DNA from: Flectonema sp. DT1601
Taxonomy: Eukaryota
NCBI GenBank assembly: GCA_964019425.1
Contig: OZ025800.1
Coordinates: 1,054,001 to 1,118,000 of the forward strand
Direction of reading: 5' to 3'
Length of the DNA stretch: 64,000 bases
Within the stretch, counting starts at the first letter, position 1; every line of letters starts with the position of its first letter. The translations under genes were made by a program, and so were the position numbers. Below are positions 11,270 to 25,439 of this stretch, in pieces. The notes under the pieces were generated by a model. The model had not been told where the DNA came from and made no database searches. It saw only the letters and a program-made list of their open reading frames with translations.

Positions 11270-13213
11270 TCGGATGCAAAATAAAAGCCCGATTACCCAT
11301 TTAATAATTATATCTTATCATTTTCGTTTCTTCCCGCTGATAACTTGAAATTTGAGGTCTTTGGGGACCAAAAAAAAAAATATATCGAATATCGTGTTTA
11401 TCAGCGAATGTAATCAAAAAAAATTATTCTATTTTATACGTACTCATACACAGGTGTGACTGTCGTTCTGTGGAGCTAGAGCTTTGTAGAACAGCATTCG
11501 TACATTCTTTGTCCCCTTTTCCCACTATGCTCTCCACCAATTTATTGTATCGCTGACCACATTTCCTCCGCTCGCTGTCCGCTAGTGGTGTCGTCCGTAG
11601 GTTGAAAAGTTTGTAATTGGTTTTACTGGTTCAAACATTTTCGTTATCACTTAATCGTTCAACTGGTTTATTAAACCAGCATGGTGCTTCATCACAGCGG
11701 AGGCGAGTAGAGCCTGTAGAAAAAAAAACAAAAAAAAACAAAAATAAATAAAAGCGTCTCCCCCGTGCGGTTTATACTTCTGAGTTACTTTACGGATACG
11801 GATTTAAATCTACCCCTCCTCGGCTCCCTCCGAAGAAAAGGAAAAAAAAAACTGATTTATATCGTTGTGTGAAAGGGAACTCATTTGCAGCTTAGGTTTA
11901 TTAAGGCTATCGAACTCGGTGAGAACAGGAAACTCACTCGGGGCATCGGAATAAAAGCTTGCTCATCACACGATCTTCAGCACCGATTTCTTCACCGATA
12001 TCTTTTTTTCATCCCATCTCATAATTATCTTTTTAATACCCAACAGCAGTGTTGATCAGCGCAATGTAATCTGCTCCAGAGCCTGACTAAATTATGGTTC
12101 CCACGTAATCACCTTGTGAAACCTTTACTCAACACTCCCCATGACTATTATATTCTTTAGAAGAACACTCATATCCGGTAAAATCAGCATTCAATGCTTC
12201 ACGTTATAAAATACGTGAGGCAATTTACTGACTTGCTTCACGAGACAAATTGTCCACAGCTGCATTGAAGAAACCATACTTTCTAGTTAGCCTCTAACTA
12301 ACTTCTTTTTTGTGCTGCTGGGGGCTTTTAAAAAAAAAAAAAAAACCATGTTGAATGGCCTTATCTTTCGTTGAACTCAGTCAGAATCCTTTCACACGAG
12401 GGAGTAAATCATGACCGTAAGAAGTAAACGGCTTTCAATCTGAATGGGTTTCTTCTCCGACTACGTCGGTAGAAAAAAAAAAACGTAATTCTCAACCCTT
12501 TCTCCGATCTATTTTTTGTCCCCACACACACAGATCATCATATCAATACAAAAGACTTTCGAGCCTTCGTGCAAAACTGCGGAATAGTATATATTGATAT
12601 CTTGCTATGCCGAGTATATAGCTTACCTTCTGCGGTTTGCTTCCGATTGGCTAGTGTCGGGGGGAAAGAAGGAAAAAAAAAAAAAAAAAAAAAAACGTTT
12701 TTAATAATGCGGTCATTGCCACACGCTCTCTCTTCCCATTTAAAAAAAAAAAATCGCAAGAATTTCTAGCCTGTCATATATACTTTGTGACTGGGCATAG
12801 TGATAGGAGAAGTGAAAGTATCCCATGCTGCAATTCTGGATTTAAATAACCAGTAAAGGAGTGAATTATTTTTTTTGTTGTGTAATTTATTGGTGCATCG
12901 ATTCGTTACATTTGGTGACTGCTTCTGACTAGTCGCTAAGAGTTGCACCTCCTCCATCCTTTTTCCCCAACTTACATATTTTTTGTATTTATTACAAGTT
13001 CATTTTATTATTATTATTCATTTTTTTTCTCTCAGTTTTCTCTCTACTTGGATTGTATCCTGGCTCGTTGGTTAGTTTTTTTTTGTATGACTGAGCTATG
13101 AGATCACCGGTAGTGTAATTGTGTTGGTGAAAAGCTATAAATAGTTGGTTTCACCAATCAGGAGGCGTTTTTTTTTCTTTTGTCGTTGAACTCCTTTCCC
13201 CTTTTAACTAATT

Positions 13214-13294
13214 GTTAAATTATCGTTATGTTGTTTATGATACAATAAATTTGTATTTTTTTTTACGTACAAAATCAAACAGTTAGCCCCCCTT
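13214..13294. repeat. Dispersed repeat family C fragment
   Basis: The core GTTAAATTATCGTTATGTTGTTTATGATAC is shared with about 18853, 23818, 16965 and 18568; the tail is shared with 11222-11269. Confidence 0.75.
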
Positions 13295-15346
13295 AAACAT
13301 AACAACTGAAAGCTAATTTCACTTGTAAACACACGTCACTTTGTATAGTACAAATAAATCCAACGGTCAGGCATCTTGAACCAATCTACAACCTCACCCC
13401 GCTTCATGATGCTTCCTGGGCTGTTGGATTCCCTTTTGTGTGCTGCTTCTGTTCGTTGAAAAGAAATCATGATACTGTGTAGACGGATGTAAAATGTCTA
13501 CAAAAATATATGTAGAGCCCTGTAATGCTGAGAAGCACGAGAGCCAAATGCGACGTCGTCGTGAAATTTTATTCAGAATTTCTTTTTCTTTTTTTCTAGT
13601 TTAACACCCATAACACTGAAAAAAAATAAAAAAGAATCACTTACCTTGAAGATCAAGAAAAAGTAATAATTTTACGTAAGCTTCTCTGCGAGAGACTTAC
13701 TGTTATCCTGCACTTTATGCAGTATCATTTTTTACCTTCATTTTTTACATTTATCATGTTTAGAGTTCATTATACATTGGGAGCATCAGTTTTAAAAAAA
13801 AAAAAAAAAAATGCATTCATTTTTAGTTTAAATTTTAATTACCCTTTTTTATTTTATTTTCTTTTTCTTTTTTTGGTTGCGTCGGTTTAATGAATTTTTT
13901 TTATTTGAAGGATCTCTGAAATAAAAAATTGTACACTACGAGGTTCATCGTTGTGTCCCTTTACTTTATTTCAAACTTATTATTAGGAAAAAAAAAAAAA
14001 AGAATGAAAGAACCCACCGCTTTATTCGGATTACATTTTTTTTTTTTTTTTTGAAAAAAAGAAAAAAACTCAAAAAAAAAAAAAAAAAAACTTTTCGTGT
14101 TTTAAACAATAAAATCGCTGTAAATTAAGCTAGGCTAAATATCACAGTTTTTAAAACTTTTTTACAAAACGCCTTTACAGTTTTCCCTCCCTGGGTAGGT
14201 GTTGACATGAGGAAAGCCTCTGTGTTGGAGCCAGGGGGATTTCCAATTTTTTTTATTTTATTTTATTATTTTTATTTAAGAAATCTTTTAGAATATTATT
14301 TTCTCCTGTGTGTTTCAGTGGTCAGGTGATACCGAAACTTTGTTGCTTCGCAGGCTTCCTTATCTAAAGAGGTTTTCTCTCAGCTCTCTCTTCTTATTTG
14401 TATCTGCGTTTTGTGAATGGGTTGGATTTTGATTCCTTCATTTAACTCGGAGAATTCTCACTTTAAAATCCCCCTTTTTTTTTATTTTTATTTTTTTATA
14501 AAAGACTCAAAAACAAAATTATTTATAATCTGTTACTATACTTCTCCTGCCGGTTCTGTTTGAACATCAACTCACGATGCACTATGTTTCTTTGAATTTC
14601 TTTTTAAAGCAAACAAACAAAATAAAACAAGGGTTAAGGTTTCTTTAGAAAAAACAAACAAAACAAACAAACAAACAAAATCCAAACATGTGTTGGACTT
14701 CCAGCACGTTAGCTAAGCTACTGGTACAGAAAAAAAAAAAAAAAAATTAACAAAAAAACAGCAACAATTCAAATATTCTTTTTTTTTTCTTTTCTTTTTT
14801 TTTCTTCTCAAAAAGAAACAGTAGTGCTTTTTATTTTTTGTTTAATTTTAATTTTTTTTGATTATTATTACTTTTCTTTTCTTTTCTTTTCACCACTTTG
14901 CTTATTTAGTTTACTAGTTACGATATTGTTATTGGTGTCTTTTTATTTTTTGTTTTTTTCCCGACTCGGACATATTTATCTTCACATTCGCTTCTTGCCA
15001 CTCAACATTCCCGATCCGTAACCAGATATGTCATTCTACCTCAGTGCGGTTTATTTAGTTGCGTGATTTTTTCCCAAGGAAACATTGGGGGAAAAAAAAA
15101 TATTGAAAAAAAAAAAAAAAAAGAAAAAAAAGACTAATTGTAGACTCGCAGGTCTACTCGTCTCTGTCATCAAAATCAACAAAGCAACATGACCAAAGTA
15201 AAATAAGTAATTTGAGTACTCCGCATTAACTATTTAATAGCATAGACTCTGATGTCTGTGCGGGGGAAAAAAAAAAAAAAAAGAAGAGAAATTCTCAAGG
15301 AATCACTCGTTAGGCTTAACTGTTGTTCAGAGTCCGCTTGTAATTC

Positions 15347-15377
<31 letters not shown>

Positions 15378-16603
15378 GTAAAGACCCCTTCCTCTTAACT
15401 TGCAATTATAAAAAAAGAAGAAAAGGACTGATTGAGTCGCAGCTATTCTGCAACCATATCAATCTTTTTCTGTCTTTTTGATCCCTTAACCAATCAGTAT
15501 GACAATCGTAACTATACACATCGAGGACGTGACTTTTTTAAAATAAAATATTACCAAGTACAAAACCTCGCAGATAGTTGTCACTTATTGGTTAAGGGGT
15601 GCTTTCTGTATGGGTATTTAAAAAAAAAAAAAAAAACCCAAACCACAAATCTGACTCGGGCGAACAAATCGCTGGTGACATTATCACCCTTGGAAATCGA
15701 TTTCTAAAAGATAAAAGGGAAAAAGAAACAAGAATTAAAAAAAAAAAAAAAAAAAAGAGCCCTATTCCCAAAAAGTGGTTTTTTTTTTTTTTTATTATAA
15801 ACTACGTTTAACCAATAAACACTAAATTTAAAAAAAAAAAATAGAAATAAAATGCAGTTTGTTAACATGTAGACTCCAATGTCTATTTTCAAGAAAAAAG
15901 AAACACTACGTGCCTTGTGGATGGTGCAAAAAGGACCATTTTCTTGTCTTGATTGAATCTCCCTTGGGAGACAAATATAATAATAAGTTTTGCATCTTTG
16001 CAGTGCTAGTTTCTAGTACCCTACTCACGAATGTTTTCTGCAACTTCGTGGACCTAACGAATTTTTCATATTTTCCTTTTCTTCTTCATCCCCAATCCCG
16101 AAATCCCCTGCTATTTTTTTTTTTTTTTTGGTAGAATATTGCAGTGAATTCTGTTGGTCATAAAATTATTCAAGGTGTCGGGATTTTTTTTTTTTTTTTT
16201 TTTTTTTTAAAACTACCCTTCTGTGACAGGTAGCTATTTTGTGCATCAACTTGCGTTTGTAACATTGAAGCTTACTTCTGCTTAAGTGTAATGTATTGAT
16301 TTCTTTTTACGTGATTGATATTTTTGTTATGCTAGACAGTAGAATCTAATTTACTTTTTATTTTTCTTCCCTTTTTCTTTTCTATCTATTCATATCAGGT
16401 TGAAAACCGATCAAAAAAAAAAAAAAAAAATGAAGAAAAAAAATCATTTCTATTTTTCTTCTCGCTTTTTTCCCCCCTTTTTTCTTTCTTCATCTCTCTC
16501 ACCCCCTTTTCCCAATTTTTGAAGAAGATTTGTTGTACCCGTTTTCAAGTGACCATCAGATAACAAAGCCAAGTCATAATTAAGCCAAAAATATTAATAA
16601 TAC

Positions 16604-16638
<35 letters not shown>

Positions 16639-16857
16639 ATCAAATATAAGTTTGTGCAGGAAATAGTATTGCTGTATGGAGATCGACTGTGATCCCACTA
16701 CGACTTATAAATTTCGTTGTTTTTTTGGTCTTTGCTAGAATCTGGTGGGTGTCAGGTTACAACAACAGTCTCTCTCACGACACATCTGATATTTCTTACG
16801 TTTGTTAATTATTTCTTTACTCTCTATATGCCGATTCAGTCTCAATGCTTGACTGAC

Positions 16858-17005
16858 TTACATCATACTGATGATGGGAATAAGAACCGACTAATTACTT
16901 CTGAATAGTAAGTTAAACATCATTATAATCGACTGTATCTTTTTGACAGATTAGTTAAAAAAAAAATTATCGTTCTATGTGATGATACAAAAATATGGTT
17001 GTACT
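16858..17005. repeat. Dispersed repeat family C fragment
   Basis: TACATCATACTGATGATGGGA...GACTGTATCTTT...AAATTATCGTT...ATGATACAAAAATATGGTTGT aligns by eye with 18486-18610. Confidence 0.65.
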
Positions 17006-18485
17006 TTATTTATGAGATCGAAGCAGTCAGCCTCTCTGTCTCCTTTTTTTTTTCACCCTTTTTTTTTTCTCTCGTTCTCAGCAAATATTTCTTATCACAA
17101 ATTAATTCTTCTTTTTCCCCATTTTTCAAATTACCCCTTCGGGAGATAAGTGACCGAAACGTTAGAGCTGGATAGTGTTCTTGCTTAAGGAGACAACAAT
17201 TGTCTCTTTTGTGATTTCGTATTTTGTCTAATTCTGGTTGGACTCTGAACCGCTTGCGAAGGGGAAAAAAAAATAACATTATGATACGGTACTTTTTAGA
17301 AACAGATGAAAAAAAAAGTGTCTTGAGAGTTTGACCCAGCGTTTTTAACCTACCGCGACAGGAAGCAGCTTGCATCCGGTTTACACTTTTAAAAACTTGC
17401 TGTGTTCTTCTCAGTAACAAATATACTGGTAGAAAAGTTTCGCCTGCAATGATTTTCGGTAAATGTTTGTCTATATGAATTCTGGCAAGATTTGAATTTG
17501 AATTTCATTTTTTTTTCTCCAGACGAAGCTTTTTTACTTTTACAGTATTGCCTTTTTTTTTTCCCCCCTTTGTTGTTCCTTTGAGCTTGAAAATACAGTA
17601 TCAAATTACCCCCTTTTTTTTTTTCCATATAAATAAATATTCTCTTTTCTTGTTTGTGGGAATTTAACCAAAAAATAAAAAAAGGAATTTGTGGTCTTTT
17701 TACTACCGACATGCAATCTGTAGGCATTGTTTTTATCTGAGTAAAACAAAAAAAATAAAAAAAAATATTAAATGTCTTTCTGAACTAAACAAGTATTGCT
17801 GTTACTATAAAGCCGATTATTTATTTTTATTTTCCTCTTCTCTTGTTTTGTTCTTCATGCATTTTATCTAGAAAAAGGGTTTTATGTTCATTACTATTTT
17901 CTTTTAATTCTGTTATATCAAGTATGGCTGCTGACTGAAATGTGGCCGAACGAAGACAGCATTTTGGAGACAACTACGTCTCTCTCTGTTACTAAAAACT
18001 TGCGTTACTCGCTTTCTGAATTTGGCTAACTTGTTGGGCGACAGGTATTCGACTTTCTTCTGTTTCCAAAAAAAAAGATAAAAAAAAAATGGTGGCTTAA
18101 ATTTTTAGTCTCACGTATCAAAGTCACTCAAGGTAGTTCTGGAAATTGGTTTCCCTACTTTTATACATTTAAGTCACGAGTTTGAGATCGAATTTCTGCC
18201 ACTTATAATAAGTAAGACTCTTTTAATATTATGTGTCGTGAATATAGGAGAGAGCTATTTTAACCTAGAAAGCCTCACAGGAAACAATTGCAAAAAGAAA
18301 GAAAGTACTCTTCTACCCCCCTTTTCGTGTATGCAGCTAAGTTACAAATGTTGATTATAATGTAAAGTCTTCTACGTCATCTGCAGAGTACCTTCAGTCA
18401 ACTGTGTCATAACTGACCCTGATGCAATGCAGATATTTCTTCTTAAATGTACTCAAACATTCAAACCCCCCTTTCGACTTTCTTG

Positions 18486-19180
18486 TACATCGTACTGATT
18501 ATGGGATATTAAAGGTACTGAGTTAATTAAGTAAATAATCTACATGGTGACTGTATCTTTAACTGATGGTAAATCATCATTTTATGTTATGATCCAAAAT
18601 ACGGTTGTGTTTTGAGGAGTATGTGTGGTACGTACCAGAATCGACAATAACGATTTCTGGATACTTATAGTGACGCTTAACGTTATTTTATATGTACGGG
18701 TGTTATACATTATCTTTGCATTTTTAGCTGCTATGCTTTTAAGTGTTTCTTTGATACTCCTTGGTTTACCTTATTACTTTTCTTGAGTGTTTTAAAGTTT
18801 ATTACTGGTTTCTACATTCATCCCCCTCTTTTTTCTTTTTTTGATAACTGATGTTAAATTATCGTTATGTAAATGTTGTTTATGATCCAGAATCGAACAG
18901 TTAACCCCCCTTTTCGGGCATGGGGCGCTCAACTTGTGGTACGTGGCCCTCGTACTACCTGATTTGACAACGATTTCTAGATACTTATACTAATATTATT
19001 TTATATGTACGCGTGTAATCCGATTATCAGGCTTTTTTAGCTACTGTTCTGGAATGAAGCTTATTCTTCTGTCGATACTTTTTTTTTCCATCCCCAGTTT
19101 TTTTTTAACTTTATTACCTATTTTAGTATTATAAAGTTTTATTACTGTTTTCCTACATTGTTAATCTCTATCCCCTTTTT
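18486..19180. repeat. Diverged tandem duplication (about 290-330 bp unit) of repeat family C
   Basis: Paired landmarks occur in the same order: AACTGATG-TAAAT (18561/18846), TGTGGTACGT (18624/18935), AACGATTTCT-GATACTTATA (about 18649/18969), TATTTTATATGTACG (about 18684/18997), AAAGTTT-ATTACTG (about 18794/19133). Confidence 0.8.
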
Positions 19181-22100
19181 TCGAGTTTTGCTTGTTTGTT
19201 TATTTGTTTTCTCTATTTTGGCTCAGTTTGACCCTCAGGTGGGTTGTGAGCACGTCTTCAGTAGATTTTCCACTCTCAAGATCTCTTATGATGTTATCTG
19301 TTTACTTCCGTACATTTAGCAGACGTAAAAGAGTTATTGGCACACCAGTTTGTTTATGTACAAAAAAAAACAGTAACTGTGCTAATTATGTTGCCTTTTT
19401 TTACGTTCTGTTTTTGTGTACCAGATGAGAGTATAGACGCACATTTCGGGGTTACTCAGATGTTAGAACTTCCACTTTCACGAAATTATAAGTGCATTTG
19501 CTTCTCTTAACAAAAAAAAAGAAGAAAAAAAAAAGAATCGTACCCTTTCCTCATTTTCTTTATCAAAAAATAATTTCAAAAAAAAAAAAAAAAAAAAAGT
19601 TTACCCACACAACATATAGAAAGTGGTAAAATCAATTTTTTGTCGTTTCGCAATAATCCATCCGTGTCTTTGTGAGAATCTTGCAAACAGTTTGGATTGT
19701 TGAGTTTAATACATGAGTGCGTTGCTCACCCTTTTTCACTAAGACTTTAATCCTTTCTTGCGTCGTGCGGTCCCTTCCTTGGTGATAATTGGCGTTGTGC
19801 GTCTTGGTAGGATTTAGTATTAGTGCTTTTTTGGTGATATTTCTTTTTCATTCTTCCTCTAGAATAGGGAATAGAAGAGAGGAAAAAAAAAAAAAAAAAA
19901 AAAAAAAATTCCTCCCTTAGTTGGTTTCGTTCAACTGTTTTAACTTATTGCGTTAATATAACAAGTTACGCATAGTAATTAAGCTTACGGAACCTTCTTG
20001 CTTATAAGAAGTCGGCAATATTCACATTGGATTAACCCTTGTGTGACTTCTTGGTTTGCTTCAAATACGTCAAAAACGGGCGCTTTCCTTTTGGCTTATG
20101 CTCGCAAAAAAGAAAAAAACAACAACAATAACAAACAACAAAGGTAGTCCTCTACAATTTGAAAACATAGAGAAGTTTTTCTGCTATGGCGCTATAGCGA
20201 CGTAAGAATGAACAAAGGATCCATTCATCCTCTTTTTGCGACAGATGCTTTTTTATTTTTCTTTTTTGTGTTGGCAAATCAAATACTGTTTTTCTCCCCC
20301 TCCCTCTCTCTTTTTTCTTTCTTTTTCATTTCTTTCTTTCTTATCTGTTTTATGATATTGACAAGTCGTCAAGTCTGCAAGCAGCTTTTTTTTCTAAGAA
20401 GCGCTAGGATTGTAATAATAACATTGCGGTTTAGTACTGTCTATTTAGAACACACTACTACTACTTTATTTTGATTGGGGGTTATGTAGCCTTTGGATAC
20501 TAATGTTTTTTGGTCTGGAAAAAAAAAAAAAAAAAAAATGTAGCTACGGAGAATTGTCTCCTGGCTGTGTCGAGATTTTAAAAAAAAAAAAAAAAAAACA
20601 ACAACAAAAAACAACACGGAAGCAAAACCTTGGTGGAGAATGTTCTCCTTTCATGAATTTCTTGCATTGCATTTCATCTTTTATCTTATTTTTTTTTCCA
20701 AAATCCCCTGTTTTTGCGGTAGCTAAGCAATGAAATAAAAACAAAAAAAAAAAAAGAAAAAAAACAAAAAAAAAAAAAGGAACAAATAATACTTGTCTTC
20801 GAAGCTCGTTTATTTTCTCTTGTTTTTCATTCATACGAAATTCTCTGTTTATATCGTTTTGCTTACTTACAGCATTCCCTTTCCCCACACCTTAACTTGT
20901 TCAAATATCCAAAACAGGCTCACTAACTGTATGTCATTATTTAGTAGTATTCACGTCTACTCTTGATATTATTTTTAAAAAAAAAAAAAAATATTATGAA
21001 CAATTATCTAACATCTTATCTTCACAACATTCCTTCTCTTCCTTTCTGTTGGCGAAAATTTTAGGTTTTCAGCTGGTGTGTGAATCAGAGATTTTCCGTT
21101 TTGCGACTTTGCAACGGTTATCCGAATGTTGTCTTTTGTTTTCTTTCTATTTTTCCCCCTTTTTTTTCTCTTTTTTTTTAGTTTTTACTTTGAAATTTAA
21201 AAAAAAAAAAGAAAAATATGTCAGTACATTGCTTTTTTACATTGCTCCAGTATCCCCCTGCTCATGATATAAGTGAGGGCTTCCTCGCTCGTTTGTTTTA
21301 TCTCTCGTTGGAGCTTATTTTCAAGGCGATAAAACTAAAATCAACATTGGAGGTTCTTTTTAACGGCTGACTGAGCCTGAGTTTGTTTATTTAAAAAAAA
21401 AAAAAAGTCAACACGCACGTAAACCTGTGCGTGCACAGACAAAACTATTTAGTGTGGTTATCAGTTTGGAATCATGGTTTTTAGTCAGCTGTTTCTTATT
21501 TCTCTTTAATCTCATTTTTTTCTCTTTTTTTTTTTTGTATCCACTCCTCATCCATGCTTGAATGGTAATACTTTGTACCCTGAAAAGCTAATATTTTGGT
21601 ATGAGTAATAGTTGTCTTTTTTTTCCCCCTTTCGAAACCTAGTTGGTGTTGTAGGCGATGTCATCCCCTTCGTGAAAAGTTTGTGTTCACGTTCTCCAGT
21701 TGTTGTCAACTTCTGGTTAACGTTAACACATCTGATCTACAGCCGTGAGTCCCCTCGGGATATCGCCTTCACTCCTGCCGTCGTTATCGCTCATTATTTT
21801 TTTTCTCTTGCCATCTTTTATTGGCCTGAAAGGGGTCGTCCCTTGGATCTCGCTTTTTGTTTGTGTTGTGGCGGAAGACTCTGCCAGTCGCGTTTATTTT
21901 TTTTATTTCTCTATTTGTCCTCCTTTAAAATTGCCCTCTTTTTTATTATTGTCCCTTATCGTTCTTTTTTTTTGGGGCGTATTTTTTGTATTCTTTTTTT
22001 TTCCCCCTCCCTCCCTCCCTCCCGCCCCTTATTTTCTCGTTTTTTTGCTTATGTTTTTTTTCGTTTAAATTTAATTACAATAGTTATCGTTTTATCATTA

Positions 22101-25100
22101 ATGTTTTATTATTTTTTCCCCGCCCCTCTTCTCTCCCTTTTCAAGATTTTTATTATTCCACTTAGCAGGCAACGCCTTCTTACAAAACCAAAATTAAAAT
22201 AAAATTTATTTTTCGGAATAAAATAATAAAAAAAAAAAATAACCAGCAGAATGGTAGAAAGAAAAAAAAAGCAAATACCGTTCTACCCCCGCCGTTAGGT
22301 TGTGGTGAGTGAAAGCAGAGTTTGAGAATTTGCGTTTCTTTCTAACTGAATTTAGAAAGAACGGAAAAAAATAAAAATAAAAAGAAAAAGAAAATCCAAT
22401 CAGGCAGAAGAAGTAGCAAACGCCAGAATAGCGGAAAATTAGCGGAAAAAAAAAAAAGAACTCAGCTCTCGTTATTACATGCTCCGAATTCATCACAAAC
22501 CAGAATAGAAAAGAAGCTCCACGAAAGCGTCTCCAGAGGCGTTTATGTATAAAGAAAAAAAAAAAAAGAAAGAAGAAAACGATCACCAATGTCCGCACGG
22601 CACGGTCACTTTAGTGTCCTGGCACGGACCTTTAATCTAATTACTTGTCATACACGCCTTTGTTGGTTTTAAAAACCATTTTTATGCATATTTTCCAGTT
22701 ACTTGCGGTTGGCTGTGCAGTGTCGAGAAGAAACTTAAGTCTTCTGGAGGAACAGCAAAATAGAAAGAAAGGAAGAAGAAATGAACAAGCGGTCTCTGAT
22801 GTCGTAGCATACGTGCGGCCTTACGACAATAGTAAACATACTAATCAACCGCTGGTCGCCTTTGGTACTATGTTCACCAGGAAAAATAAAAAAAAAACAA
22901 TTTTCTCTCTCTTGTCTTTTTTTTTTTTTTATATATTTATTTTATTCTCTTTGTTATTGTTATTATTATTATTATTGTTATTTTTTTTATTTATTTTTTT
23001 TTTTATACCATTTGTCACGAAGAGACTTTCAATCTTTTCATATTTCACGCCCTTTTTTTTCTCTTTTTTCTTTTTAATATAATAGTAAATAAACTATCAG
23101 GAGTCAAGAATCGGACACATGTTCTTTCAGATTTGGACGCTACTGGGCTAGGAATACGTTGCAAACCATGTGCGAAGTTTTTAATTTTTTTAGCAGTAAC
23201 GTATGCAAGAATCCTGCTCTGTAGTTAGTTCCCTTTTGAAAGTAAGTTGTAGTTGTAGCAGCCATCTCCTTTTACTACCCAAAACTCAAAGACACTTGCG
23301 CCGCAATCACCCTGTTCAATTAGACCCCCTTCTCTCTAAATTATGTACACGCCGAAGCCTTTTTTTTGAGGCTTTATTTTAATTTTATAATTTTTTTTTT
23401 TAAACACGTACCTTATGTTTCTCGGTATTAACGAACTGAATGAAAAGGAAAAAAAAAAAAAAAAAAACTAAACACAATGCAAAAACATAGTATATTCCCT
23501 GCACGTTAAGGTAATTTTTTTTCTTCTTTTTTTCCACTCTCTATTGTGTCTCTTCTTTTTTTAAATACTTTTTTTTTATATATTTTTTTTGGAAGGTTTT
23601 TACGACAAGCATTTGCAGCTAGAGCGAGCTTTGTCACGCCCGTGGTGCGTTTTCTCACGTCCATCCTTCCAAATGTAGTTAAAAGTCCCTTTTTTTAGTA
23701 AAGGCGATTTTTCTTCTTACCCTGGATTTTCTTTTTTTTGATTATTTTAATTGTCACACAAAAAACACAAAAAAAAAAAAAAAAAAAAAAAAAAAACCCT
23801 GCTCACTTTAAATCGATGTTAAATTATCGTTGTGTTGTGTGGTACAATATAGTATTTTTTGCATTGCATTTAGACAACTCTTCCCTTAAACTTTTCTTCA
23901 ACAACTAATGTTTCTTCAACTATCAACGATAAAAAGAAGTGAAGAAGAAAAAAAAAACCCCCTTACAGAAACGCAACAAAGTCCCGGTGTTGAGAAGGCC
24001 AACCTTCACTGAGGGTTGTCCTGATTTTGAAACAAGAAAAAATAAAACTGTCAAAAAAAAAAAAAAAAAAAAAAAACAGATTTTTTTTGCTCTCATCCTG
24101 TTATAATATTATCTCTTGATTTTGTTACATGACTTTAACCTGGAGGGCCGTTCTCTTGGCCTCCTTTCACACTCCCTTTGTTACTAACAATAAAAGTTAC
24201 CTCTGCACCCCCAACAGTTTCCTTTTTTAATTCAGGAAATTAACTCCTTTTCCTTACTTTTTGATTGGATACTTTTTTTTAAACGATAGTTTTTTTTTTC
24301 TTTTTTTTTTCTTCTTTTCTCTTCTATTTCAATATATCATGAAAGACAAAAAAAAAAAAAAAAAAAAAAAACAGATTTTAATATCATCCTGTCGTCTTCA
24401 CGTTTTCTCCCCCTGTACTCTATAGCCTGTTCTTGGGATTAGCCCGCTACACTGGTAGACACTCCCTGTGTAGCATACGTAGGTGTTCTTTTGCTATGTG
24501 AGGCATTTTTTCGCTCTAAACGACGTTTCATTGCCCTTTCCGAAGAAACTTGATCAACTACCGTTTTTATTACTCTCTTGCAGCTTTTCCTCCTTTTTTT
24601 TGTTTTCTTTTTTTTAAAAAAAAAAAAACATATATAACAAGTTCTGGCTGCGATGTTGTTACCTTTCAGACCTATTCGTGAGCTCGGTGGGTAACAACGA
24701 CATTACAAAAAAAAAAAAAAAAAAAAAAAAAAAACCCCTTTTCTCCACTCTTTTTGCCACGAATACAACCTTCCATCTGTGTGTCAGACACTTGTTGCAT
24801 AGGTGGTGGGACCTGCCCCCTTCTCTATATTGATATTTATGGCACTTAATGTGCAGCTGGTTAACAGAATTTTTGATGCTGCTTGTTTGTTGGAAGAGAC
24901 TCAGATATTATTGCAAAACCTGCATCCGTGTGGCTATTTGTTTTAATTGCGCCCTGTTGGTTTTGATCGTGTTATTCTTACTCCCAAAAATGGGGGGAAG
25001 ATTATTGTTTTTTTCCCCCTTTTTTTTTGTTGCCTCTCTCCTTATTCTATGATTGCCGCTTTCCTGGTTCCCCATGTTTTCGAACGAAAAAAGGTATCCG

Positions 25101-25439
25101 CTGTCGTCTTAGTGGGACGATTCATGTGTGAGCTGCTTTTTTCCATAATAAGCCTTATTCAATTTCGACACTGCCAATATATTTTTTTTTTTTTTTTTTT
25201 TGTTTGACCCTTGTGGTTGTAAACTACTATAAAAACTTATTTAAAAAAAAAAAAAAAAAAAATGCAACACCCAACTTACCTTTCTCTGCGACTTACAATC
25301 AATTGAAGTGCTACTTGTAATGTGTCATAAGTCACATCCTCTGACCCTTTCTGCGATTAGTCTTTCTGACAGGAGATGCTTACCACTTAAGGCTCGTTGT
25401 TCATCGATAATCGTATTTGTGAATTATCCTTTTTTTTGA

